Shown here: in pieces, positions 39,441-47,828 of the stretch
How positions within the stretch are numbered: position 1 is the stretch's first letter
Layout of the letters: every line of letters begins with the position of its first letter
Source: Candidatus Binatia bacterium
GTDB taxonomy: Bacteria; Desulfobacterota; Binatia; HRBIN30
DNA length: 47,828 nucleotides
Direction: 5' to 3'
Assembly (NCBI GenBank): GCA_038245295.1
Contig: JBBRSP010000039.1
Span: 1 to 47,828 of the forward strand
Notes under the pieces: model-generated
Told to the model about the DNA's origin: nothing
The model's database searches: none
The model's input: the letters and a program-made list of their open reading frames with translations, nothing else
Translations under genes and position numbers: made by a program

Positions 39441-40214
39441 ATGGCCTTTTTTCAGGACCTGGGTTGGCGTGTTCTACGCCTCATCGAAGAGCTTGGACGC
39501 ATGGCCTTCTTCTCGGGCGGCATTCTTCGCGCCCTGGTGACACGGCCGATTCGCCTGCGTCGTTTCATCGCCGAGATCTACGACCTTGGCGTGTTGTCCC
39601 TGGTCATCATCTGTGTTTGCGGTGCCACCGTCGGCATGGTGCTCGGTCTACAAGGCTACAACACGCTCGTTCGCTTCGGCGCCGAAGAGTCTCTCGGCGC
39701 TGTTGTCGGCCTGAGCTTGATCCGTGAGTTGGGTCCGGTGTTGACCGCCCTGCTCGCCACCGGTCGGGCCGGTTCGGCGACGGCGGCTGAAATCGGCACA
39801 ATGGTCGCCACTGAGCAACTCGACGGTCTGCGCATGATGTCGATCAATCCCGTCCATCTGGTCATCACCCCAAAGGCGCTGGCGATGACGGCGGTCATGC
39901 CGCTGCTGACCGCTCTGTTCATCGTCTGCGGTCTTGGCGGCGGTTATGTCGTCGGCGTTGTACTGATGGGCATTGATCCGGGGAGTTACATGTCGAGCCT
40001 CAAGGCGGCGGTTGTGTTTCGCGACGACGTAGCCGGCAGTCTTCTGAAGGCGAGTGTCTTCGGCATGCTGGTCGGGCTGATCTCAACCTATCGCGGCTAC
40101 ACTTGTGCGCCGACGTCGGCCGGTGTTAGCGCCGCGACGACGTCGACCGTCGTCATTGCCTCGGTCAGTGTTTTGTTGTTCGACTATGTCATCACCGCCC
40201 TGTGGGGAGTGTAA
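39441..40214 (+). CDS. mlaE: Mla permease
   Basis: RELGPVLTALLATGRAGSATAAEIGTMVATEQLD. Confidence 0.95.
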   Translation: MAFFQDLGWRVLRLIEELGRMAFFSGGILRALVTRPIRLRRFIAEIYDLGVLSLVIICVCGATVGMVLGLQGYNTLVRFGAEESLGAVVGLSLIRELGPVLTALLATGRAGSATAAEIGTMVATEQLDGLRMMSINPVHLVITPKALAMTAVMPLLTALFIVCGLGGGYVVGVVLMGIDPGSYMSSLKAAVVFRDDVAGSLLKASVFGMLVGLISTYRGYTCAPTSAGVSAATTSTVVIASVSVLLFDYVITALWGV

Positions 40215-40221
40215 GAAGAGC

Positions 40222-40683
40222 ATGACTCGATCTCCGCTTCGCGACTTTGTTGTCGGCCTGTTCGTCTTCGCCGGTTTGGCGGCGATCGCCTATCTCTCCA
40301 TGAGCATCGGCGGCTTGTCGCTGCACAATGACGGCGGTCTCAAGGTCTTTGCGTCGTTTGATCAGATCGGCGGGCTCAAGCCACGCTCGCCGGTGGTGAT
40401 TGCGGGCGTCAAGGTCGGACAAATCGATTCGATCGAGCTCAATCAGGATTTCCGCGCCCGCGTGGCGCTCAATCTGCGGCGTGATTTGCAGCTACCGAGC
40501 GACACTTCGGCGTCGATCATGACGTCGGGTTTGCTCGGCGACCAATACATCGCCCTGCAGTTGGGCGGCGACGACCGTATCTTGAAAAACGGAGATGAGA
40601 TCTCGATTACCGAGTCGGCCGTGATCCTGGAACGTTTGATTGGCAAACTGATCCACAATAGCGACGTCAAGAAAGACGAATAG
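40222..40683 (+). CDS. mlaD: MCE-domain protein
   Basis: FDQIGGLKPRSPVVIAGVKVG, TSGLLGDQYI. Confidence 0.95.
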   Translation: MTRSPLRDFVVGLFVFAGLAAIAYLSMSIGGLSLHNDGGLKVFASFDQIGGLKPRSPVVIAGVKVGQIDSIELNQDFRARVALNLRRDLQLPSDTSASIMTSGLLGDQYIALQLGGDDRILKNGDEISITESAVILERLIGKLIHNSDVKKDE

Positions 40684-40688
40684 CCGTT

Positions 40689-41411
40689 ATGCGCATTCTC
40701 TTTGGACTACTGATCTCCCTGTTGTGCCTGGCCGCGCCTTGTTTCGCCGACGGACCAACCGACGACGATCCCTTGGAGGGCTTCAACCGGCCCATGTTCT
40801 CCTTCAACGACACCGTCGATGTCTACGTCCTCGAGCCGGTGGCCAAGGGTTGGGACAAGGTCGTGCCGAATCGCGTGCAAACGTCGATCAGCAGCTTCTT
40901 CGAAAACCTCCGTTCGCCGTATGACTGTGTTCATGGTTTGCTTCAGGCCCGACCCCACCAGGCCGCCGTCTCGTTTGCGCGCTTCATCGGCAACACCACC
41001 TTCGGCCTGGCGGGCTTCTTTGATCCGATGAGCGATTGGGGCTTGCAGTCGTCCAGCGAGGATTTTGGACAGACCTTCGCCGTCTGGGGCATTCCATCCG
41101 GGCCATATCTAGTCCTGCCGTTCATGGGACCGTCGACGATCCGTGATACGGCTGGCTTTACGGCTGACTCCATCAGCACGGTACACGGTTGGTTCATCCC
41201 GGCCATCTACCCAATCTTCAGTACCGCAACACGCACCGTCAATGATCGCGCCCGCGCCTTGAAGACGGTGCGCAACATCAAGGAAGCGTCGGTCGACTAC
41301 TATACGGCTGTGCGCAACGGTTACCTGCAACGTCGGCAAGCGCAGATCCAGAACCGCCGTGGGGCGGCGACGTCGGCCGACGATGACCTCTACAAGATCG
41401 ACGAGGAGTGA
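40689..41411 (+). CDS. mlaA: VacJ/MlaA family protein
   Basis: DPLEGFNRPMFSFN, NTTFGLAG, EDFGQT, GPYLVLPFMGPSTIRD. Confidence 0.93.
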   Translation: MRILFGLLISLLCLAAPCFADGPTDDDPLEGFNRPMFSFNDTVDVYVLEPVAKGWDKVVPNRVQTSISSFFENLRSPYDCVHGLLQARPHQAAVSFARFIGNTTFGLAGFFDPMSDWGLQSSSEDFGQTFAVWGIPSGPYLVLPFMGPSTIRDTAGFTADSISTVHGWFIPAIYPIFSTATRTVNDRARALKTVRNIKEASVDYYTAVRNGYLQRRQAQIQNRRGAATSADDDLYKIDEE

Positions 41412-41415
41412 TGCC

Positions 41416-42048
41416 ATGAATCGGCTGTTGAGCGCCGCGAGTCTGGCGGTCATGGGACTGCTTCTGACCGTATCTGCACCCGCGAAGGCGGAGGACTCGC
41501 CCTCTCTGGTGGTGCAGCGCACCGGTGACGCCGTCACCGCCGTGCTGGCCGACGCGGGGCAAAGCGTCGGTCAGAAGCGCCACGGCGTCGAGGCGATCGT
41601 TTACGAGCAATTCGATTTCGTGACGCTGTCGCGACTGGTGCTGGGGCGCAACTGGAAGCAGCTGTCGCCCGAGCAGCAGACCCAGTTCGTCGAGGAGTTC
41701 AGACGCCACCTTTCGGTGACCTACAGCAAGAACATCGGCGACTACAAAGGCGAGAAACCGGTAGTCACCGCAGATCGCAAGGAGTCCGATGGCGACTGGA
41801 CGGTCAAGTCGAAGATCGTGCGTCCCGGGGCAGAGGACGTCGCCGTCGATTACCGCCTGCGTCAAAGCGACGGACGCTGGAAGGTGATCGATGTCATCGT
41901 CGAGGGCGTCAGCCTGGTGGCCAATTTCCGTTCGCAGTTCCAGGAGATCGTCAGCAAAGACGGCGCTCCGAAGCTGATCGACATGCTGCGCGAGAAGAAC
42001 TCCAAGGGCGAGTCGTTCAAGTCCAACGTGCAGGTCGGGAAGAACTAA
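41416..42048 (+). CDS. mlaC: Phospholipid-binding periplasmic protein (Ttg2D)
   Basis: FDFVTLSRLVLGRNW, WKVIDVIVEGVSLVANFRSQF; signal peptide. Confidence 0.93.
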   Translation: MNRLLSAASLAVMGLLLTVSAPAKAEDSPSLVVQRTGDAVTAVLADAGQSVGQKRHGVEAIVYEQFDFVTLSRLVLGRNWKQLSPEQQTQFVEEFRRHLSVTYSKNIGDYKGEKPVVTADRKESDGDWTVKSKIVRPGAEDVAVDYRLRQSDGRWKVIDVIVEGVSLVANFRSQFQEIVSKDGAPKLIDMLREKNSKGESFKSNVQVGKN

Positions 42049-42071
42049 CCCTGATGTGAAACCCATTTCTT

Positions 42072-42221
42072 AACCGCAGAGGCGCAGAGCCGCAGAGAGC
42101 GCCGCAAAAAGCGTGTACCGAAGAAGGAAGCCAATCATCATTCAAGATGAACTGAGCGGGTACGGGCACCGCAGGGCATTTACACCCAGGGCCTCTGCGC
42201 GCTCTGCCCCTCTGCGGTGAA
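42072..42221. repeat. Palindromic CGCAGAG-unit element, copy 2
   Basis: aaccgcagaggcgcagagccgcagag ... ctctgcgcgctctgcccctctgcggt. Confidence 0.8.
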
Positions 42222-42310
42222 GTCCTTTGTTACATTGAGGCCAACCCGCCTGGCCTGCCAACCGCGGCGAATCTCACGCGTCTGCGTGCACTGCCGGCGG
42301 TTGCACGCCT

Positions 42311-43921
42311 TCAGACGCGGCCGAAGAAGTCGTTGCCTTTGTCGTCGACGACGATGAAGGCGGGGAAGTCCTCGACGCGGATCTTCCAGATCGCCTCCAT
42401 CCCCAGCTCCGGATACTCGACGACCTCGACCTTCTTGATGTTCTCCTGGGCCAGGATGGCCGCTGGGCCACCGATGGAGCCGAGATAGAAGCCGCCGTAG
42501 GTTTTGCACGCATCGGCAACCGCCTGTGAGCGGTTGCCTTTGGCCAGCGTGATCAGGCTGCCGCCATGTTTCATCAAGAGATCGACGTAGGAATCCATGC
42601 GCCCGGCGGTGGTTGGTCCGAAGGAGCCGGAGGCGTAGCCGACCGGCGTTTTGGCTGGGCCGGCGTAGTAGATGGGGTGGTCTTTGACGTACTGCGGCAG
42701 GCCTTCGCCGCGGTCGAGACGCTCCTTGAGCTTGGCGTGGGCAATGTCTCGCGCCACGATGAGTGAACCGCTCAGCGCCAGTCGTGTCTTGATCGGATAC
42801 TGACTCAACTGGGCGCGGATCTCGTTCATTGGCCGATCGAGGTCGACACGCACGACATCGCCGCCGAGTTTCTTCTCGTTGATCTCGGGCAGATACTGCG
42901 CCGGGTTGGTTTCGAGTTGCTCGAGGAAGATGCCGTCGCGGCTGATCTTGGCCTTTGCCTGGCGGTCGGCCGAGCACGAAACGCCGATGCCGATCGGGCA
43001 GCTGGCGCCATGGCGTGGCAGGCGAATCACCCGCACGTCGTGACAGAAATATTTACCGCCGAACTGCGCGCCGATGCCGAGGCGCTGGGTCATCTTGAGC
43101 ACTTCTTCTTCCATCGCCCGATCGCGAATGGCGTGGCCGAGCTTACTGCCTTCTGACGGTAGGTCGTCGAGATAACGGCAGCTTGCCAGCTTCACCGTCT
43201 TCAAGGTCATCTCCGCCGAGGTTCCGCCGATGACGATGGCAAGGTGGTAGGGCGGACACGCCGACGTGCCCAACGTCTTGGCTTTCGCTTCAATGAAGGC
43301 CAACAGGGCGGTTGGATTCAACAGGGCGCGCGTCTCCTGGTAGAGAAACGACTTGTTCGCCGAGCCTCCGCCCTTGGTGATGAACAGGAAACTGTATTCG
43401 TCGCCCGGCGTCGCGTAGATCTCCACCTGCGCCGGTAGGTTGGTCTCGGTGTTGACCTCGTCATACAGATTGAGCGGCGCCATCTGCGAGTAGCGCAGAT
43501 TGGTGTTGGTGTAGGTGTCGAAGATGCCGCGGCTGAGCGATTCCTCGTCGTTGCCGTTGGTCCAGACCCGCTGCCCCTTCTTGGCGACGACAATGGCGGT
43601 GCCGGTATCCTGGCAGGAAGGCAGAATCATGCCGGCAGAGACGTTGGCGTTGCGCAGCATGTTGAGCGCCACGAAGCGATCGTTCTCCGAAGCTTCGGGG
43701 TCGTCGAGTATCTTGCGTAGCTGGACCAGATGGCCGGGGCGAAACAGGTGTGAGATGTCGCGGATGGCTGTCGCCGCAAGCTGCGTCAGGCCTCGCGAGT
43801 CGACGCTGAGAATCGACTGGCCGCGAAATGTATCGAGTGCAACGAAGTTGCCGTCGAGACGACGATACGTGGTCGTATCCTCGCCATGCGGAAACAGCTC
43901 CTGGAATTGGAAATCTGCCAT
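42311..43921 (-). CDS. fumA: Class I (Fe-S) fumarate hydratase
   Basis: [66 protein letters not shown]. Confidence 0.95.
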   Translation of the reverse strand: MADFQFQELFPHGEDTTTYRRLDGNFVALDTFRGQSILSVDSRGLTQLAATAIRDISHLFRPGHLVQLRKILDDPEASENDRFVALNMLRNANVSAGMILPSCQDTGTAIVVAKKGQRVWTNGNDEESLSRGIFDTYTNTNLRYSQMAPLNLYDEVNTETNLPAQVEIYATPGDEYSFLFITKGGGSANKSFLYQETRALLNPTALLAFIEAKAKTLGTSACPPYHLAIVIGGTSAEMTLKTVKLASCRYLDDLPSEGSKLGHAIRDRAMEEEVLKMTQRLGIGAQFGGKYFCHDVRVIRLPRHGASCPIGIGVSCSADRQAKAKISRDGIFLEQLETNPAQYLPEINEKKLGGDVVRVDLDRPMNEIRAQLSQYPIKTRLALSGSLIVARDIAHAKLKERLDRGEGLPQYVKDHPIYYAGPAKTPVGYASGSFGPTTAGRMDSYVDLLMKHGGSLITLAKGNRSQAVADACKTYGGFYLGSIGGPAAILAQENIKKVEVVEYPELGMEAIWKIRVEDFPAFIVVDDKGNDFFGRV

Positions 43922-43992
43922 AACCTCCCGCCTCGGCCGACAAGTAGCGCCAAGACTTTCGTCACGGAAGGGGATTCGCCGCACGCATTCTC

Positions 43993-44108
43993 AACCGCAG
44001 AGGCGCAGAGCCAGCAGAGGGGCCCCAAATACGATAACTTGCTTGGGAAATGGCAGGACGGAACATTCCCACACGGGGCCCTCGGCGCGCTCGGCGATTC
44101 TGCGGTGA
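43993..44108. repeat. Palindromic CGCAGAG-unit element, copy 3
   Basis: First 20 bp identical to 42072-42091; right arm ctcggcgcgctcggcgattctgcggt. Confidence 0.8.
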
Positions 44109-44123
44109 TGTTCTTGTTGCAAT

Positions 44124-44513
44124 TCAGAACAGCTGCGACAGAATCATCAGCTCGCCGATCATGCCGCCGAAGTAGACCACGGTGCGCCACGGCACGGAGC
44201 CGGCGACGTAGGTGATCAGATGCGCCACTCGCGAAACGAAGAACAACTCGGCGCCCAGGGCGGTGGTCGAATTTGCCTTACCCGAGACGTGGGCGACGAG
44301 CACAAGAATCGCGAAGGGCGCCAGGTTCTCGATCATGTTCAAATGCGCGCGTTGCGCCCGCGCCGCCCAGGGTGGCAGGTCGAACGGCGTGTCGCGGTTG
44401 CCGAGGCCCCATTGGGTTCCGCCCTTGAGCTGCCCACGGCCGGCGCCGTAGATCACCGGCATCGTCAGGCACAGCAGCGCACTTGCGACCAGCATGGTCA
44501 GATCGGTTGTCAT
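44124..44513 (-). CDS. MAPEG family membrane protein
   Basis: GNRD...WAARAQRAHLNMIENLAPFA...RVAHLITY...WRT. Confidence 0.9.
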   Translation of the reverse strand: MTTDLTMLVASALLCLTMPVIYGAGRGQLKGGTQWGLGNRDTPFDLPPWAARAQRAHLNMIENLAPFAILVLVAHVSGKANSTTALGAELFFVSRVAHLITYVAGSVPWRTVVYFGGMIGELMILSQLF

Positions 44514-44536
44514 CGAAGGCCCTCCCGCGGTTGTGA

Positions 44537-44550
44537 GTTGAGATCTCAAC
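44537..44550. promoter_or_regulatory. Perfect 14-bp palindrome, candidate operator of the MAPEG gene
   Basis: gttgagatctcaac, 24 bp upstream of the start codon. Confidence 0.45.
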
Positions 44551-44635
44551 CTCGACCAAATCACGAAACGGGAGAATTACAAAACGGCGGTGGCGTCTCG
44601 ATTGAAGGCGCCGCCAGGTGGCGTTCCGCGGCGTC

Positions 44636-45580
44636 TCAAATCTCGGGGATGATCTGTCGCGCCACGTATTCGATCTGCTTGATGCTGCGCGAGTCAGGCA
44701 ATTGGATGATGAAGAAGTCGACGCCGCGCCGGATGTAATCGCGATAGCGTGGCACGACGACATCGGGGCTGCCCTGCACGAATTGCCCCGTGTGCGACCA
44801 CATGTAGCCGCGCTGTTGGGCGTACTCGAGTTGGTCGCGGACATCTTTTTCCCACTCGGCGGTGACGGTCGGCATCATCAGCGAGCGGCGCACCGACTTC
44901 GGATCGCGGCCGATGGCCAGGCAATGCTCGTCCAACAGGGCCGCTTTCTTTTCATACTCAGGCAGCGGTGTGGGGAAGTAGTTCCAGATGTCGGCATGGC
45001 GCGCCACGGCACGCAGCAACATCTTCTCGCCACCGCCGCCAATGGTGATCGGCGGATGCGGCTTCTGCACCGGCTTCGGGTCGCAGATCGCGTCGCGCAC
45101 CGAGTACCATTTGCCCTCGTGCGTCGCGCGCCCCTCGGCCCACATCTTTTTGATGATCGTCAGCCCCTCTTCCATCTGCCGAATGCGTGTTGCCGGCGAG
45201 GGGAAGTCGTAGCCGTAGGCGTTGAACTCTTCCGAATGCCAACCGGCGCCGTAGCCAAACTCCAGACGGCCGCCGCTCAAGGCGTCGAAGGTTGATGTCA
45301 TCTTGGCCAGGATAGCCGGCGGCCGATAGCCGTTGCAGAGGACGAGGGTGCCGAGACGAATCTTGGTCGTGGCGCCGGCGAGCATGCTCATCTGCGTCCA
45401 CGCCTCGTTGACCGTCTCGTCTTGATACGACGGGAAGTGGAACAGGTGGTCGAACAGCCACACCGAGTGGAAGCCGAGCGATTCCGCCGTCTGGGCCAGG
45501 TCGCGTAACTCGCCGAAGTCGGTGACACCCTGCGGCAGACGCAACCCGAACGTCACGGCATCATTTGGCGATGTGGTCAT
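44636..45580 (-). CDS. LLM-class flavin/F420-dependent oxidoreductase
   Basis: GFHSVWLFDH, YRPPAILAKM, SGGRLEFGYGAGW, PKPVQKPHPPITIGGGGEK. Start may be GTG ~45556. Confidence 0.9.
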   Translation of the reverse strand: MTTSPNDAVTFGLRLPQGVTDFGELRDLAQTAESLGFHSVWLFDHLFHFPSYQDETVNEAWTQMSMLAGATTKIRLGTLVLCNGYRPPAILAKMTSTFDALSGGRLEFGYGAGWHSEEFNAYGYDFPSPATRIRQMEEGLTIIKKMWAEGRATHEGKWYSVRDAICDPKPVQKPHPPITIGGGGEKMLLRAVARHADIWNYFPTPLPEYEKKAALLDEHCLAIGRDPKSVRRSLMMPTVTAEWEKDVRDQLEYAQQRGYMWSHTGQFVQGSPDVVVPRYRDYIRRGVDFFIIQLPDSRSIKQIEYVARQIIPEI

Positions 45581-45663
45581 TTTGCCAGTCTGCCATTTGG
45601 CTGCTCAACCCGGCAAGCCGCAATCTGTGACGCAGCAGGCCAACCAACCAAATGGCCAAATGG
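45561..45663. repeat. Octamer-repeat inverted arrangement
   Basis: atttggcg atgtggtc attttgcc agtctgcc atttggct ... accaaatggccaaatgg. Confidence 0.7.
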
Positions 45664-45665
45664 TT

Positions 45666-46901
45666 TTATTCCTTCAATGTCTCCATGACCCGTCCGCTCG
45701 CTTCATCGACAAGCTCGATCGTGGTCGGGTCGGTGACGTTACTAGCCGTCTTCTGTTCACGAATGCGGCCCTTCATGCGTTCGCCGAACATGCCCTTCAT
45801 CTCCGGACCCATTTGATCCATCGGGAAGTCCTTCAAGATTACCTTGGCCGTCGTCGGTCCGCTCCATTCGATGCGCTGCACCTTGGGGCCCATGATCGGA
45901 TTGCTGCGGAATAACTTCTCCGCGGCGCCTTGGAAGCCTTCCTTGGTGGGGGCGGCGGCGGCCGGAGCACCAGCCGCAGGCGCACTACCAGCCGGCGGTG
46001 CCTCACCCATGCCATGCGGCGCGGCGGCCACCTCACCCGGCACAGGTTGCCCCTTGGCCTTGGCGATGAGTTGTTCGACCTGTGTCTTGGTCTCGGCGTC
46101 GGGCGCAATCTCGCGCGCCTTCTCGAGCGCCGCGAGCGACTCTTCCGTCTTGCCCTGTGAGCGATAGGCGATCGCCACGTTGAACTGTGCCTGGAAGAAC
46201 TTCGGATCCTGCTTCAGCACCGCTTCATACTCGCGCATGGCTTGCAGCGGTTGGCTGTTGGACAGGAACATCGTGCCGAGGTCGGTACGCACGTCGAGGT
46301 CGTCCGGCTTCAGCTTGAGGTAGCGGCTGTAGTAATCCTGGGCGATGTCCGGATGCTGCTGGTCATACGCCACGTTGCCGAGGGCGCGCAGGGTTTCGGT
46401 ATCGTCGGGTGTCTTGTCGAGGACGTGCTGATAGGTCGACCCCGCTTCACTTAGATACGAAGGATCGATCTGCCCGGCTCGGTACAGAACCTCGCCGAGC
46501 TTCTTCCACTGCGGCAAGTCTTCGGGCGCCGCCTTGGCCTTGGCGATCATATCCTTGATCGCGTCTTTCACCTGATCCGGCACGGCGATCGGCGGATGGC
46601 TCGGCGGCATCTCGCCCTGCGGCATGCCGCCGCTGCTCGGGGCAGGGCCACTCGGGGGCGCGCCGGGATTGCGCGGCGGTGGGGCAGGGCGCACGGTCGG
46701 GTTCAAATACCCGTAAAGGATCGTCCCGCCGCCGGCGAGGACGACACACAGGACCACGAACAATGGCGCGTAGCGCGTCGTCAGGGTCGACGCGTTGGCA
46801 ATCGGCAAACGGCTACCGATCGAGACGCCACATTCGATACAAAAACGGGCGCCTGCTACTCGTTTGGCGCCACACGCAGAGCAGAAATTTTGTTCGGCCA
46901 T
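45666..46901 (-). CDS. Zinc-ribbon / TM / TPR protein
   Basis: CSACG...FCIECG, one TM helix, Pro-rich linker with MPPSHPP, several TPR-like repeats. Confidence 0.8.
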   Translation of the reverse strand: MAEQNFCSACGAKRVAGARFCIECGVSIGSRLPIANASTLTTRYAPLFVVLCVVLAGGGTILYGYLNPTVRPAPPPRNPGAPPSGPAPSSGGMPQGEMPPSHPPIAVPDQVKDAIKDMIAKAKAAPEDLPQWKKLGEVLYRAGQIDPSYLSEAGSTYQHVLDKTPDDTETLRALGNVAYDQQHPDIAQDYYSRYLKLKPDDLDVRTDLGTMFLSNSQPLQAMREYEAVLKQDPKFFQAQFNVAIAYRSQGKTEESLAALEKAREIAPDAETKTQVEQLIAKAKGQPVPGEVAAAPHGMGEAPPAGSAPAAGAPAAAAPTKEGFQGAAEKLFRSNPIMGPKVQRIEWSGPTTAKVILKDFPMDQMGPEMKGMFGERMKGRIREQKTASNVTDPTTIELVDEASGRVMETLKE

Positions 46902-47064
46902 GAGGTGCCGGGTGTTTAACCCCGCGGCGCTCCAGCCGCAACCACGGCGGCTTGGGTGATCGCGCCGCTGAATAGGTCGTCGTGGCCGCCGTCGGAGCTA
47001 CCCGGATCACTGACGCGACGCGCGGGAATTCGCTATACTCGCGCCACCTGAGATCCGTAGGAGG

Positions 47065-47619
47065 ATGAATATGCGTTACGCAAAGGCGGCGGCGGTGTTG
47101 GTATTGGGGAGCACGATGTTCATCTCGTGCCAATGTGAGAAGACAAGCGCCCCAGTGCCGGGCACCACCGACGGCTTTGCCGAGCGTCCTGGCGGAGTCG
47201 CCAGCCACACTCCCGTCAAACTTGCGGGCAAACCCACGGCGACCGCGCTTCAGGTCGCCGCCGCCACCCCGACCGTCCCGACCGACCTGAAGATCCCCGA
47301 CGACTTTCCCAAGGATGTGCCGATCTTCAAGGGGGCGGCGCTGACCCAGGTGCAGGACATGCCGAACAACGCGCACAACGTCATCTTCAGTGTCGACGCA
47401 CCGGTGAGTGAGGTGAATCAATTCTACCAAGCGCAACTCACCAAGGCCGGCTGGAAGGCGTCGCAACAGATGGAACGACCGGAGCACGCCTTCATGACGT
47501 ATGAAAAGGATAAGATGAAAGCCAACGTGACGATCGCCGAGGACGCCAAGAATCCTGGGAAGAAAGTCATCGCCATCATGTACTACGAGGAACTGCCGCT
47601 CGAGTTCGACGAGTTCTAG
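47065..47619 (+). CDS. Hypothetical lipoprotein
   Basis: AGGAGG RBS; signal with FISC lipobox; IPDDFPKDVPIF...FYQAQLTKAGW domain. Confidence 0.75.
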   Translation: MNMRYAKAAAVLVLGSTMFISCQCEKTSAPVPGTTDGFAERPGGVASHTPVKLAGKPTATALQVAAATPTVPTDLKIPDDFPKDVPIFKGAALTQVQDMPNNAHNVIFSVDAPVSEVNQFYQAQLTKAGWKASQQMERPEHAFMTYEKDKMKANVTIAEDAKNPGKKVIAIMYYEELPLEFDEF

Positions 47620-47645
47620 ACAGGTGAGGGCGCCGTTGATTGCGC

Positions 47646-47704
47646 CGCAAGCTGAAGCTTGCGCCTACCGGTGCACAGCCGGTGCGGGGTAGGCGCAGGC
47701 TTCA
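47646..47704. repeat. Inverted pair of GTAG-type REPs, second interrupted by the MITE
   Basis: cgcaagc-tgaa-gcttgcg-cctac (47646-47668), spacer, then gtaggcgcaggcttca (47689-47704). Confidence 0.85.
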
Positions 47705-47828
47705 GAGGCTGTCTCAAAACCTTGCGGAGCCGGCTTCGACAGGCTCAGCCTGAGCGGGTGCTTGGTTGATTTTCAAAGACATTTTGTCCGCTCGCCCTGA
47801 GCCCGTCGAAGGGTGAGCCTATGTTTTG
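47705..47828. mobile_element. MITE-like element, right copy (truncated by window end)
   Basis: Begins gaggctgtctcaaaa; reverse complement of 1-124. Confidence 0.6.

Noticed and set aside
112..47487. Numerous antisense and alternate-frame ORFs in the track
   Set aside because: These are shadow ORFs of well-supported genes, typical of high-GC DNA, with no recognisable motifs.
1..47828. Whole window as a linear plasmid, phage or composite transposon bounded by 141-bp TIRs
   Set aside because: Content is chromosomal housekeeping (rel, recBCD, mla, fumA) with no transposase, replication or terminal-protein gene; the repeat length fits an assembler k-mer overlap.

Overview
High-GC bacterial chromosomal contig, not a phage or plasmid. 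Gene content suggests a Deltaproteobacteria/Binatia-like lineage (inference only). In order it carries: a double-length UvrA; a stress cluster (VOC, DUF1328, small lipoprotein, encapsulated ferritin + family-1 encapsulin, Tat-exported MsrB); an LPS/surface-glycan cluster (GT4/GT2/GT9, methyltransferase-GT2 fusion, DegT aminotransferase, heptose kinase); yicC followed by a GNAT toxin-antitoxin pair; an archaeal-type cytidylate kinase coupled to rel-ridA; putative F420-type oxidoreductases and an SDR; recCBD; a secreted CSLREA/DUF1554-like protein; mlaFEDAC; class I fumarase; and MAPEG, LLM, TPR and lipoprotein genes. The two window ends are an exact 141-bp inverted repeat made of a MITE-like element sitting in the loop of a GTAG-type REP, probably where the assembly broke. 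The most notable unannotated signals are: (i) a sigma-54-type promoter facing a hairpin-rich non-coding segment upstream of recC; (ii) a RecB with a much shortened 'arm' subdomain; (iii) archaeal-type cmk in the position usually held by gmk-rpoZ before rel; (iv) five distinct intergenic repeat families. All calls come from reading motifs by eye; no database searches were run.
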